A DNA stretch of 64,000 bases from a virus (Duplodnaviria > Caudoviricetes), in the IMG/VR virus record IMGVR_UViG_3300050119_000088, positions 32,001-96,000 of that record, one strand, 5' to 3'. The position numbers and the translations under genes were made by a program. This document shows, in pieces, positions 36,910 through 46,682 of the stretch. Numbering within the stretch: the stretch's first letter is position 1; the number at the start of each line of letters is the position of its first letter. The notes under the pieces were generated by a model that was not told the DNA's origin, searched no databases, and worked only from the letters and a program-made list of their open reading frames with translations.

Positions 36910-37640
36910 GCGGTTTCGAAGCTGCAACCGAGGTATCCCGTCAAACCACTGGAGCCATTAGGTCTACGGATCTCAATAGTGAGAGATGGGATCTCGTATC
37001 TTGGTCGGCAGTTGAAACACTTGTTCAAGGCATCAATAGATTTCAGAATTGGCAAATGACAATCATGCAAATGGTTGGTTGTTCAATTCGATTGACAGGG
37101 GATTTCCTTGGAGGAGGATTCAAGCACGGAGATCAACCTGAGTTACTTGGAGATGCTTGGGCTTACCTTGCAATTGCCGTACAAAAACACGATCACAACG
37201 ATCCGCACCATGACTACAATGCTTGGAATGATGATCTTTGTAAAAAGATTGCAAACGGTGCCGGAATTCAACAGTATGAACTGGCTCCATATCATGCGAT
37301 CAAACGCACAGCTTCAACTTGTTATGAAGGTGGTATCAAGTATGGTGAATCCAATTGGCTGATGGGATTCCCGGTTCCGCTTCTTTGTAATCATCTTTTG
37401 AGCCATTTAGTGAAATGGTGCAATGGTGATCGTCAAGAAGACCATTTTGGACATGGTTTGTGGGGATTCATGGCAGCAGCTCATATGTTCAAGCATCGTC
37501 CAGATATGTGTGAGAATATGCTTGGGCCGAAATACACTGTTACGGAACAACAAAAGGAAATCTTGGCTCGGCATAAGGCTCATAGAGATAGTATTGTTCC
37601 AGCAACGATGAATGCCACGTTTAATCGAGAACATAGATGA
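36906..37640 (+). CDS. DUF5664 dATP/dGTP diphosphohydrolase-like protein
   Basis: TTGAIRS...RWDL, YEGGIKYGESNWLMG, HL..W...EDHFGH. Confidence 0.75.
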   Translation: MSGFEAATEVSRQTTGAIRSTDLNSERWDLVSWSAVETLVQGINRFQNWQMTIMQMVGCSIRLTGDFLGGGFKHGDQPELLGDAWAYLAIAVQKHDHNDPHHDYNAWNDDLCKKIANGAGIQQYELAPYHAIKRTASTCYEGGIKYGESNWLMGFPVPLLCNHLLSHLVKWCNGDRQEDHFGHGLWGFMAAAHMFKHRPDMCENMLGPKYTVTEQQKEILARHKAHRDSIVPATMNATFNREHR

Positions 37641-37892
37641 ATGATTTTCAAATCAATAACCGGGTTCTCATACAGCGAGATACTTTGTCACCTCGACAAC
37701 GTGACATTCTTGATATAATTCTCAGAAGTAAAGAATCATTTATTTGTCAAAAGGCATTTGAAGTTTCAAAGACAAGACACCTTCATGTGATACGAATAGG
37801 ATTGGATTTATCTATATTTTATCGGGAGACCGATGGTAATATTGATGTCCTAGATATCTTCAACAAGAAGTATTTATCCAAAAGGAAATAGA

Positions 37893-39053
37893 ATGATATT
37901 GCTCGATGAACAATTTGATTACTGGAAGAAAGTCAAACGAGGTACACCAACCGAATGTTGGAGATTTCGTGGCAAAGATTTCATGGGCAAAGTTCCGGCC
38001 AATGTTGCTTATGATATTCATCATGGTGTTGATCCGGGACATTTTCGAATCAAACATACTTGTGGACACCAATGGTGTGTTAATCCAGCACATCTTGAAC
38101 TTCCGATTCTGAAAGCAGAACCAGAAACTCTCGTTCAAACTGTTCTTGAAGAGCTTGCAACGGATACTTCGTTGCTTGGACTCTTTGAAAGTATGGACGA
38201 TACGCCACAGATTCGTGAGGATTATGTTCGGGTTCCGATTGGCTATCCAGGCTCGAAGAATCGTTCGCTTGATAAAATCATGCCGCATCTTCCTTACCGC
38301 AACACATATTGCGAACCGTTTGGCGGATCAGCAGCAGTTCTATTCGCAAGGAAGCCAAGCAATCTCGAAGTATATAATGATCGGTTTGGTGGCATTACGA
38401 CTTTTTATCGTTGCCTACGAGATCCTGAAAAGATGAAGCAACTCTTCGAGTTGGTGGATTGGACAATCCATTCACGCGAAGAATTCATTCATTTCAAACA
38501 GACCTGGGAAAAAGAAGAAGATGATGTTCTTCGTGCGTTCAAATGGTACTACATGCATCAGTCCAGCTTTGGCAATCAGGGAAGGCACTTTGGAAGAGCA
38601 ACATCAGGACAGGCTCAGACTGGTGGACGCATTCGCAACAATGCAAGATTCTTCGAGCCAGTCCATCGGCGTTTGTTGAATGTTCAGATTGAGAATCTTG
38701 ATTGGCGAGTCATTTTCAGAGACTACGATAATGAGGAAACTGTTTGGTATCTTGATCCACCATATGTTCGTTACTCCAAAGGCATGTACAAGCATGAGTT
38801 CAAAAAGGCAGATCATATTGAACTTTGCGAACGGATTCAAGGTCTCAAAGGTTTTGTTGCCTTGAGCGGATATGGAGATCAAGAAACCTTTGATATCTAT
38901 AATAAATATGATTGGGATGACCAATTTAGTTGGCAAACTCAATCCAGTATGGAGGGACTCGCCTTCACAGACACTAATAATCTTGCTGAATATCACGATA
39001 CTATTAAGCGGGGTGTTGCTTCTGAAATCCTCTATATTCGAGAAAGTAGATAA
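37893..39053 (+). CDS. dam: D12-class N6-adenine DNA methyltransferase with N-terminal HNH-like domain
   Basis: YPGSK, EPFGGSA, VYND, DPPY; N-terminal ECWRFRG...HTCGHQWCVNPAHL. Confidence 0.85.
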   Translation: MILLDEQFDYWKKVKRGTPTECWRFRGKDFMGKVPANVAYDIHHGVDPGHFRIKHTCGHQWCVNPAHLELPILKAEPETLVQTVLEELATDTSLLGLFESMDDTPQIREDYVRVPIGYPGSKNRSLDKIMPHLPYRNTYCEPFGGSAAVLFARKPSNLEVYNDRFGGITTFYRCLRDPEKMKQLFELVDWTIHSREEFIHFKQTWEKEEDDVLRAFKWYYMHQSSFGNQGRHFGRATSGQAQTGGRIRNNARFFEPVHRRLLNVQIENLDWRVIFRDYDNEETVWYLDPPYVRYSKGMYKHEFKKADHIELCERIQGLKGFVALSGYGDQETFDIYNKYDWDDQFSWQTQSSMEGLAFTDTNNLAEYHDTIKRGVASEILYIRESR

Positions 39054-39439
39054 TGTCACCAGTTGATCCAAGACGACAAACATGGCTTCCATATTTTCGG
39101 TTAATAGCAGATTCGTTTGGGCTCAAGGATTGGGAGTTTCGGATCTCAGATGAGCCGCCAGATAGTCCTTCAGCTTTCGCCGAGATTCAACCATGCAAGG
39201 GTCGCAAACTTGCAACAATATTATTGAGCGGTGTGTTTCTCGGAGCAAAGAGAGAAGAGCAACGGATTACTGCAATCCATGAACTCTTACATTGTCACTA
39301 TGATCTTGCAGATCGAATCGTTCTCAATACCTTGACAGGCCCGGAAATCACAGCGTATCGATTGGCATTGGAACTTGCAGTAGACGGAATTGCAACGGCA
39401 ATAGCCTCGAAATTTCCTTTACCTAAGGAACCTATCTAA
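39053..39439 (+). CDS. HExxH metallopeptidase-like protein
   Basis: TAIHELLHCH. Confidence 0.55.
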   Translation: MSPVDPRRQTWLPYFRLIADSFGLKDWEFRISDEPPDSPSAFAEIQPCKGRKLATILLSGVFLGAKREEQRITAIHELLHCHYDLADRIVLNTLTGPEITAYRLALELAVDGIATAIASKFPLPKEPI

Positions 39440-39858
39440 TGGAAACAGAGAACCGCGTTAAGATCATGTATGTGTCGATGGAAAATGTATTAAGTATGTT
39501 TTCGATTATTGGCAACAATCATGACAATATGTGCTACTCAATTCCAGTTATTCCGTCACTACCGCTAGGCTATAAGATACTGAATTGTTGTTGGGATTAT
39601 GTCCGCATGACAGTAGGCATTGTTATTTTTCATGATAGCTTTCCTATTATTAGCGTTGGAGAAATGCCTCCGCGTTGGGATGATGGTCGTTACGACGTAT
39701 TACAGATTCCGAAAAGCTTAGAGTGGCTTCAAATAGCTCTCAAGCTTTTACGTTCTGATCCACCAAGCTATGGGCGAACAAATCGTTGGCTCAATGCTGG
39801 TTTCTCACAAATTGATATTGATCGATTATTAGCACTTGAAGCAGCACAAGATCCATGA
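39439..39858 (+). CDS. hypothetical protein
   Basis: TAATG-coupled 139-aa ORF. Confidence 0.5.
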   Translation: METENRVKIMYVSMENVLSMFSIIGNNHDNMCYSIPVIPSLPLGYKILNCCWDYVRMTVGIVIFHDSFPIISVGEMPPRWDDGRYDVLQIPKSLEWLQIALKLLRSDPPSYGRTNRWLNAGFSQIDIDRLLALEAAQDP

Positions 39859-40286
39859 ATATTCTTACAGATAAACAGATTGCTTATCTTGCGGCAGCTA
39901 TTGATTTTGAAGGTTCAATCAAATTGAATAGTGTTACAATTCCTAAAGCAACAGGAGTTATGTGTACTTTTGCTGTTGAAGTTGGTAATACAAGTTTTGC
40001 TTTATTAAATCATTTACAACATATCACAGGTCTCGGAATTATTTATCCAAGACCTAAACAAAAAGGTTGGAAGCAAGCTTTTATTTGGAGTCTTCGTGTT
40101 CATGAAATGCGAGACTTTCTTGAAGCAATTCAAAATGATCTTGTAATCAAAAGAACACAATGTGAAATTCTATTAGAGTATATGAATCATGCTTGGAGCA
40201 ATCCGTTAACAGAAGATCAGAACACATTACGTCGTGTAATGTTATCTGAGATGAAGGAACTTAATAAGAGAGGAACGGACGACTGA
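39855..40286 (+). CDS. single-motif LAGLIDADG homing endonuclease
   Basis: YLAAAIDFEGSI, VEVGNT, LVIKRTQ. Confidence 0.88.
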   Translation: MNILTDKQIAYLAAAIDFEGSIKLNSVTIPKATGVMCTFAVEVGNTSFALLNHLQHITGLGIIYPRPKQKGWKQAFIWSLRVHEMRDFLEAIQNDLVIKRTQCEILLEYMNHAWSNPLTEDQNTLRRVMLSEMKELNKRGTDD

Positions 40287-40888
40287 TGGGACGATCCATG
40301 ATTCATTTGAACGGAGATATTTTGTGCAGCATCGATTGCGAGACAACAGGACTAGTAGCAGGTTTTCATGATCTGATTCAAATCTGCATACTCCCACTTG
40401 ATGCGGCAATCAGACCTGTTACGACGATTCCACCTTTCTATACACTCTTGCAAATGAAGCGGCCAGACAATGTTGATCCCAAAGCCATGAAAGTCAATGG
40501 TCTCAAGACCGGAGACATTCAGCTTAACGGATTAGACCCTTGGCGGGCAGCGGATCTATTGGAAGAATGGATTGCCAAACTCGATCTTGATCGTGGCAAG
40601 AAGATTTCACCACTTGCCCAGAATTGGGCATTTGACAAAGGCTTCATTACAGACTGGCTTGGTGGTCCGACATTTGATAGCCTAATCAGCTACAAAGGTC
40701 GTGACACAATGACTACGAGTCTTTATTTGAATGATCGTGCAGATCACCATGTTGAACCTGTTCCCTTCGCCAAGAATGGATTGAAGTATCTTTGCTCAAC
40801 TTTGAAAGTTGAGAATACTCGATCCCATGATGCCTTGCAAGATTGCATCAGTACAGCCGAGGTCTATCGGAGAATGTTAACTGTATGA
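40286..40888 (+). CDS. DnaQ-like DEDDh 3'-5' exonuclease
   Basis: IDCETTG, QNWAFD, HDALQD. Confidence 0.9.
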   Translation: MGRSMIHLNGDILCSIDCETTGLVAGFHDLIQICILPLDAAIRPVTTIPPFYTLLQMKRPDNVDPKAMKVNGLKTGDIQLNGLDPWRAADLLEEWIAKLDLDRGKKISPLAQNWAFDKGFITDWLGGPTFDSLISYKGRDTMTTSLYLNDRADHHVEPVPFAKNGLKYLCSTLKVENTRSHDALQDCISTAEVYRRMLTV

Positions 40889-41316
40889 AGTTATTGTCCG
40901 TTGCCGACAAACGTGTACTTGCAATGGCAATTGATTGTGAAGGTTGTATTTCAATTACACAGAACCTTAGACGTAAAAATATTGAAGGTATGTTGCAAGT
41001 TGATCTTGGAAATACCAATATCACGTTTCTTTTATATTTATGTGATTTAACAGGAATAGGTATTATTGATCCTGGGTACAAATATATTGACAAAAATTGG
41101 AAGAAGTCTTATAAGTGGAGATTGCGTAGATATGAAATGTTGAAATTTATTATTGCAATTGAACCTTATCTTATTATCAAAAGAGATCAAGCTATGATCA
41201 TGATTGAATATCTTGAAAGACGCTGGTCGAAACCGTTGTCTGAAGAAGATATTAATCTTAGAAGAGTTATGATTTCTGAAATGAAAGAACTCAATCAAAC
41301 AGGAGAAATTATCTAA
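40885..41316 (+). CDS. single-motif LAGLIDADG homing endonuclease
   Basis: LAMAIDCEGCI, DLGNT, PYLIIKRDQA; ATGA overlap with the exonuclease stop. Confidence 0.88.
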   Translation: MKLLSVADKRVLAMAIDCEGCISITQNLRRKNIEGMLQVDLGNTNITFLLYLCDLTGIGIIDPGYKYIDKNWKKSYKWRLRRYEMLKFIIAIEPYLIIKRDQAMIMIEYLERRWSKPLSEEDINLRRVMISEMKELNQTGEII

Positions 41317-41360
41317 TGTTGGCAACTGCTGAAGTCTATCGGCGTATGTTGTCTATTTAG
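41316..41360 (+). pseudogene. displaced duplicate of the exonuclease 3' end
   Basis: Encodes (ML)ATAEVYRRMLSI* versus TAEVYRRMLTV* at 40853-40888. Confidence 0.8.
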
Positions 41361-41370
41361 CTTAGAAGCT

Positions 41371-41400
41371 AAAAATGCCTCCGACAAGCGGAGGCATTTT
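41371..41400. terminator. bidirectional intrinsic terminator
   Basis: aaaaatgcctccg-acaag-cggaggcatttt, between the convergent replication and tail operons. Confidence 0.85.
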
Positions 41401-41658
41401 CGTTTTCAAATTTTAGGAATCTTAAGCATGAATGCATTGAAAGCAATGTGAACAGTCACAGCGGGCGTGATTCTTGGTGATTCAATATCAGAATATACTC
41501 GTGAGTGGCAATTGACATCTGAAGATTTGGAAGGTAAAACTACAGAAGAACAAACACGTATCTTCTGTGAGAAACGAGATGTTGCAATGGCTTATGCAAG
41601 CAACTTGTCTGATCCAACAAAAGTGAATTGGGTCACTTTGGTGTTTGTATGGATCTAA

Positions 41659-44600
41659 TTAACTTGAAGGAGTAGTTGTATCGATCCAAACAGGAACCTG
41701 CATGTAATATTCAACAGTACCAACAGCATTGACGACAGAAACAATTTCAACAGCTGTACCTGCTGGAATAGTATCTGTATCATCGATCTGCATTTGGATT
41801 GCCTGAATCAATGTTGCAACACCATTGAATCCCTTTTTGTAAATGTTGACATTATATATTTGAGCGGTATCTGATGTATTGCCATCTCCATCCACAAAGA
41901 ATCCAACGTAATCAGCAACAATGCCCGGAGTACCGCCACCGCCACCAGCACCACCAGAAACACCATCTGCAACACGTTGAATCAAATACTGAAGCGATCG
42001 GTTCATCGTATCACTATCACCCTTAGTTGTAGTTGTACCAAGGGCAACTGCATCTATAGGTGTTGTGACTGGAACAGGTGTTGCATTGACAGATATAACA
42101 GGAATCGTGCTAAGAGGCGAGGGTACAGGCGTTGGTCCTGTATAATCAACACCGCTTGGTTTTACTACACCAAGATCCGTAGTTCCCGTGCCTCCGAAAT
42201 ATAATTGTTGGCCGTTAACAACAGGAGCAGCCGGTTGACCGTTGGCCAGTGCGGCTCGAGTATCAGCAGCAATAGTACCGCTTACGTCAATCACTGCATG
42301 TGGAATCTGATTGACAACAACAGGAAGTGTTCCAAGTACATTGACTGGAATCTGGTGAACCTGAGAGTGTGAAGATATGACATCATACTGTGGTGGTATG
42401 ATGAAATTCTCTGGAAGATCGTAGGGCCATGCTCCAGGATATTGGAACATATCTCCGAATAGAATTGGAAGCCATAAATCTAAATTGGCTGTTTGTGTTG
42501 AAGGATCATATGTGCAGCCTTGTACAACTGCAAGTGTACCATATGGTCCAAGCGTATTGGTAGGATCATTTGCAACGTATGGATGTGAGAAGTTCAGATA
42601 GATTGTGTCGAATGTTTCAAGAGCTAATTTGGTTAAAGGACACTTGATTTTCATAAGCTTGAATGTATTCGATTTACGAAACATCCAGAAGCTTGCAGAG
42701 ATTGCAACCATTTCTTGCAGATTATAAATATAGAAATCATATTGTTGTTCAACAACACCGTATTTGATATAGTTGTTACGAACAACAACAAGATTATCGC
42801 CTTTAGATTCTTCATAACTGTTACGCCATTTGGCGACATACTTAGTGATTAGTTTGGAAGTATCATCACATGATACTTCCATGCTTTGAAGCAAAACATC
42901 ATTTTCAGTAAGAATATCAACAACGGTATCGACGGCTGGTAGAAACTTGATTTTGAAAACATCATTGTCTAACCAAACGCTGCAACGAGCTTGATAGGAC
43001 ATTTCATCAAGCATCTGAATAACATTCTTTTTATCCGCAATATAAAAATTCGACGGATACATTGCACAATACGAAGCTGCAAGAGCAAAAGAATCCTGAT
43101 CCCATGTCTTTGTAGTATAGGTATCAATGATCCAAATGATTTGATAAACAGTGTTTGATACAGGTGTTGCACCTGATGTCACTGTTGCATATATTTGATC
43201 TTCCCAATCTTGCCCACTATAAGAAGATAGTGGATTGTTCATCCGAATAACTGTTGCAGTAATCGAGCCGTATGTAACATATACGACTTGATAATAACTT
43301 GCTGGAACCTGATACAATGTTTTGACATTGTTCAGATTACGATAAGCAAATACACCATCTACGATAGACGGATTTGAATCAACGATCCAGTCAATTGTGG
43401 CAAGTGTAGGTTGCTTACCATTACCATACAAAGTAATGCTTGTTCCACCATTAAGAATCAATGCAGAGAGTTGTTGATTGACAATAGGAATTGTATATTG
43501 TGGAATTGCACTTGCACCCAAGAAGATGGGATCGTTAATAGCAGGTTCAACATATGTACTGAAGGGTTCGAAGCTGAAGTCGATTTGAAATGGAATGTTA
43601 GGATTCAAGCTATATAATGGATTGCCACTATCAATGGCAGATCCACCTTTAGCTGCTTCAATAACACTAAGAATAGTTCCATTCATGTATGGAACTAGGT
43701 TGAAAATAGGTTGTTCAAGATCCTGGAAATATGCAATAGCGTCGCCTGTATTGAGATTGATGTTAGTAAACATTACTAACATTTCTCGATTTCCAACAAG
43801 ACAATCAAGCCAAACATTTGGTTCGAAGTATTCAGCATTAAGAACAAGACTGCCTTCCATAAGGCTGTGGACGCGATTGTATAATAGTGTTGTATCTCCA
43901 CCTGTGGGAACATTGTAGCCTCCAGGTGTGGCAGCAGAATCAACTATTACCAGATCCTGAGAATCTGGACTCATAATACCGCCGCCGACTAACCACGGTC
44001 CTTGTCCATGTGGTGCAACATTAACGGGAATTCCACCAGGATATACTGTACGTAAAAGGAATATTTGGACGACACCAATGGCATCACAACTGATTGTAAT
44101 AACATTAGCATCAGCAACACCGCCAGGATTGTCAGCACTATCTTCTACGTTTCCTAGATTGGCACTACCGGTTGTCGTACTTCCAGCAAATAAAACTGGT
44201 GAATGATTACCATTAGAATCTACTGATACTGTCCAGTAGCCATAGGATGTTGTACCAGGAATACCCTGTTGTGTTACTGTAGCAGTGGGAGCACCAGTGT
44301 ATTTGTTTTGTTGTGTAAGATATTGGTTCGAAGCTCGCAAGATCGCGTTGTTTCCTGCGAGAATCTTTGCATTAGCCGCTTGTAACTTTTGCTGAAATGC
44401 AATTTGATATTTTGCAGATTCGAGATTGGAACCATCGGAGGTTGTATCATCACCAGCAAGACCAGATAGTTCTGCATTCTCTAGCCAGAATTTGGCATAC
44501 GCATTTTGTTGGATTGCGTCAAGCAGATCACGGCCAGCATTATAGAAGTCTTGTGATCCTTCATTGCCTGCTTGGAAATAAAAGTTACCTACAGGCTGTG

Positions 44601-45177
44601 CAATTGATGCATTAGGTGTCGGTTGATATGTAAGGCCAGGAACATTGGTTGCTGTGCCGAAAACCAAAGGCCACGGCTTGCCAATACCAAAATATGGCAA
44701 ATTGGTGAACAAGCCTTCTTCAGGTGTAAAACCAACTTCATTATCTTGGATTGTAGAAACCACATCAAAGCTAAAGCTACGATCGCCTTCTTTCCAGACA
44801 ATTGGAGAAACAATCTCACCTTGAAAGATTAAAAACTTGTCACTGAAAGGAATGCCTTTGAAGAGTTGGTAAATCTTAGCAGGTACTTTGTGAATATCAA
44901 TAATGTCAAAGAATGGCTTGATAAGATTTGCAGAATCATCAAGCACAATAGAGATATTGGAACTTGAACCAACACCATCGAATTTGGTAACATTTTCAAT
45001 GTTACCCATTGTAAGAATAATACCGGGAGCTTCAGGCAGCTCTGTATCTGCATAAAAATATTCAATGCCTGATGTCCACACAATACCAAGAACCATGATC
45101 GGTTCGAGACCTTGTGGGTTGCTCAGAATTGATATTGCAAGCGGAGATAAATTTCGCATAATCAAGGCAGACCCCAA
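41659..45177 (-). CDS. large tail-tip/hub protein
   Basis: 1172 aa, GKPWPLVFG motif typical of tail-tip proteins, position after tape measure. Confidence 0.65.
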   Translation of the reverse strand: MGSALIMRNLSPLAISILSNPQGLEPIMVLGIVWTSGIEYFYADTELPEAPGIILTMGNIENVTKFDGVGSSSNISIVLDDSANLIKPFFDIIDIHKVPAKIYQLFKGIPFSDKFLIFQGEIVSPIVWKEGDRSFSFDVVSTIQDNEVGFTPEEGLFTNLPYFGIGKPWPLVFGTATNVPGLTYQPTPNASIAQPVGNFYFQAGNEGSQDFYNAGRDLLDAIQQNAYAKFWLENAELSGLAGDDTTSDGSNLESAKYQIAFQQKLQAANAKILAGNNAILRASNQYLTQQNKYTGAPTATVTQQGIPGTTSYGYWTVSVDSNGNHSPVLFAGSTTTGSANLGNVEDSADNPGGVADANVITISCDAIGVVQIFLLRTVYPGGIPVNVAPHGQGPWLVGGGIMSPDSQDLVIVDSAATPGGYNVPTGGDTTLLYNRVHSLMEGSLVLNAEYFEPNVWLDCLVGNREMLVMFTNINLNTGDAIAYFQDLEQPIFNLVPYMNGTILSVIEAAKGGSAIDSGNPLYSLNPNIPFQIDFSFEPFSTYVEPAINDPIFLGASAIPQYTIPIVNQQLSALILNGGTSITLYGNGKQPTLATIDWIVDSNPSIVDGVFAYRNLNNVKTLYQVPASYYQVVYVTYGSITATVIRMNNPLSSYSGQDWEDQIYATVTSGATPVSNTVYQIIWIIDTYTTKTWDQDSFALAASYCAMYPSNFYIADKKNVIQMLDEMSYQARCSVWLDNDVFKIKFLPAVDTVVDILTENDVLLQSMEVSCDDTSKLITKYVAKWRNSYEESKGDNLVVVRNNYIKYGVVEQQYDFYIYNLQEMVAISASFWMFRKSNTFKLMKIKCPLTKLALETFDTIYLNFSHPYVANDPTNTLGPYGTLAVVQGCTYDPSTQTANLDLWLPILFGDMFQYPGAWPYDLPENFIIPPQYDVISSHSQVHQIPVNVLGTLPVVVNQIPHAVIDVSGTIAADTRAALANGQPAAPVVNGQQLYFGGTGTTDLGVVKPSGVDYTGPTPVPSPLSTIPVISVNATPVPVTTPIDAVALGTTTTKGDSDTMNRSLQYLIQRVADGVSGGAGGGGGTPGIVADYVGFFVDGDGNTSDTAQIYNVNIYKKGFNGVATLIQAIQMQIDDTDTIPAGTAVEIVSVVNAVGTVEYYMQVPVWIDTTTPSS

Positions 45178-45554
45178 GGAAAGCCCTCAAACTCTAATCC
45201 CATTGTAAAGTTTGTAGCACTTTCTTGTGTAACATCGATTGTTGGACTACAAATAAATCCTAACCAAGATCGATTTTCAAAATCAACATAATAAATGTAC
45301 GTACCAAAATATAATGTAACAAAGGCGTGCATATAATCGCATTGGCTCTGTGTCAAATATGTGAATTCTAATTTAAGTCGCTCAAAGCGCGGCCAAATTG
45401 GATCTGCGAATATAATAAGATCATTACCTAATGTGTTCTTTTTCGTTCGTGTAAAGTCTAGTGTATCTGTGTCACCAAATTCGGGGCTACGAAGAACTGC
45501 TGAATTGACAAGAGTAGCACCGTTATATACCAAGAATGCTGCTCCCACAATCAA
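45162..45554 (-). CDS. distal tail-like protein
   Basis: Position and beta-rich character. Confidence 0.5.
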   Translation of the reverse strand: MIVGAAFLVYNGATLVNSAVLRSPEFGDTDTLDFTRTKKNTLGNDLIIFADPIWPRFERLKLEFTYLTQSQCDYMHAFVTLYFGTYIYYVDFENRSWLGFICSPTIDVTQESATNFTMGLEFEGFPWGLP

Positions 45555-46087
45555 GCTCCCGGAATGAGGACACCTAAAGGTATTCCGTAATAATATGGAT
45601 CTACTTTATAGCAGATCGCAAAATCCTTCATAGTAAGAGTATCACTAATCGGTTGTGGCCTTGACATATTCATGATGATTGCTTCAAGAAAAGCAATCGA
45701 ATCTTGCCCGATCGGTCCACTTGAATGCCCAACTGTTTCAATAAGCGAGAGCGTCTCCAAGATGTTACGCCCCAGAACAGTACGAGCACCGTCGAATAGA
45801 ATAAGATAGTCGTTGAATGCGGCAATAGTGAGTCGGCCAGCATGTTCGTGAAAAATGAGGGTATCATAGATTCCTTCAATCTTCTTTCCAAAATGTAGGT
45901 GCACTGAATCTGTGAAAGTAATAACAGATGCAGCATGTCCACCTTTTGTATTGCTCTTTTCGATTTCGGCAAGCAAAAGAGCATCAGTGACGCTTATAAT
46001 ATGTTGGTTGTTTGTCGTAGCGTCACGAAAGGACACTAAGTCATTGACGCTTAATGACGTAATCATACAGTCTCCAATACTCGGCAT
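45551..46087 (-). CDS. putative tail protein
   Basis: Repeated I.D.L.F.(D/E) motifs, tail operon context. Confidence 0.45.
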   Translation of the reverse strand: MPSIGDCMITSLSVNDLVSFRDATTNNQHIISVTDALLLAEIEKSNTKGGHAASVITFTDSVHLHFGKKIEGIYDTLIFHEHAGRLTIAAFNDYLILFDGARTVLGRNILETLSLIETVGHSSGPIGQDSIAFLEAIIMNMSRPQPISDTLTMKDFAICYKVDPYYYGIPLGVLIPGA

Positions 46088-46110
46088 GTATCCCGTTGAT
46101 ACATGCCGAG
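46080..46110. other. perfect 13-bp hairpin ctcggcatgtatc-ccgtt-gatacatgccgag
   Basis: Inverted repeat immediately after the 46116 gene; possible attenuator or stabiliser. Confidence 0.6.
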
Positions 46111-46115
46111 CTTAG

Positions 46116-46670
46116 TTAGTCACTAATCGTGTAAGTGATCTTGAGCTGGTCTCCTGTTGTAACAGGAACTGTCGCACTGAACGAAGCTCCTGACCAGAGC
46201 GTACCGGATGTACCACCCTTTGCCGAGCCGGAGGTAACGAAGATTCCGTTCAGTGTACCCGTACCGTTGATATCGAACGTCGCGGGCGAAGCGTTGGTAA
46301 CGGATTGTGCGGACGAAGTGCTCTGGCCCCACAGAACCCGCGTTGACTGAACGAACGATGTGAATTCGTTCCATCCAGCATGTGATGCCATCACGTCGCT
46401 GCTGTTCAGAGCTGTGAAGCCGGTGTTGTCGATCAGAGAGATGTACCAAGAGCTTGACGCAATCTGCGTCGCACTATTGAACATCGTATCAAGGATCTGA
46501 CCACGACCCAGAGCTGTAACAGCATTGTCAATATCGTAAAGAGCGAACAGGTCGCCTTTACGCCAGTGTTCGATCTTCGGGAAGCGGCCTTTAAAGTTGA
46601 GATTATCAACCTTATCAGAGCGACCCTTTGTGAAGAACAAACTTTCTTGCAACGAGATACCTTCAATCAT
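46116..46670 (-). CDS. virion structural protein
   Basis: NAVTALG...TGDQLKITYT pattern of phage tail-associated proteins; host-like codon usage. Confidence 0.6.
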   Translation of the reverse strand: MIEGISLQESLFFTKGRSDKVDNLNFKGRFPKIEHWRKGDLFALYDIDNAVTALGRGQILDTMFNSATQIASSSWYISLIDNTGFTALNSSDVMASHAGWNEFTSFVQSTRVLWGQSTSSAQSVTNASPATFDINGTGTLNGIFVTSGSAKGGTSGTLWSGASFSATVPVTTGDQLKITYTISD

Positions 46671-46682
46671 TTGATTCTCTTT

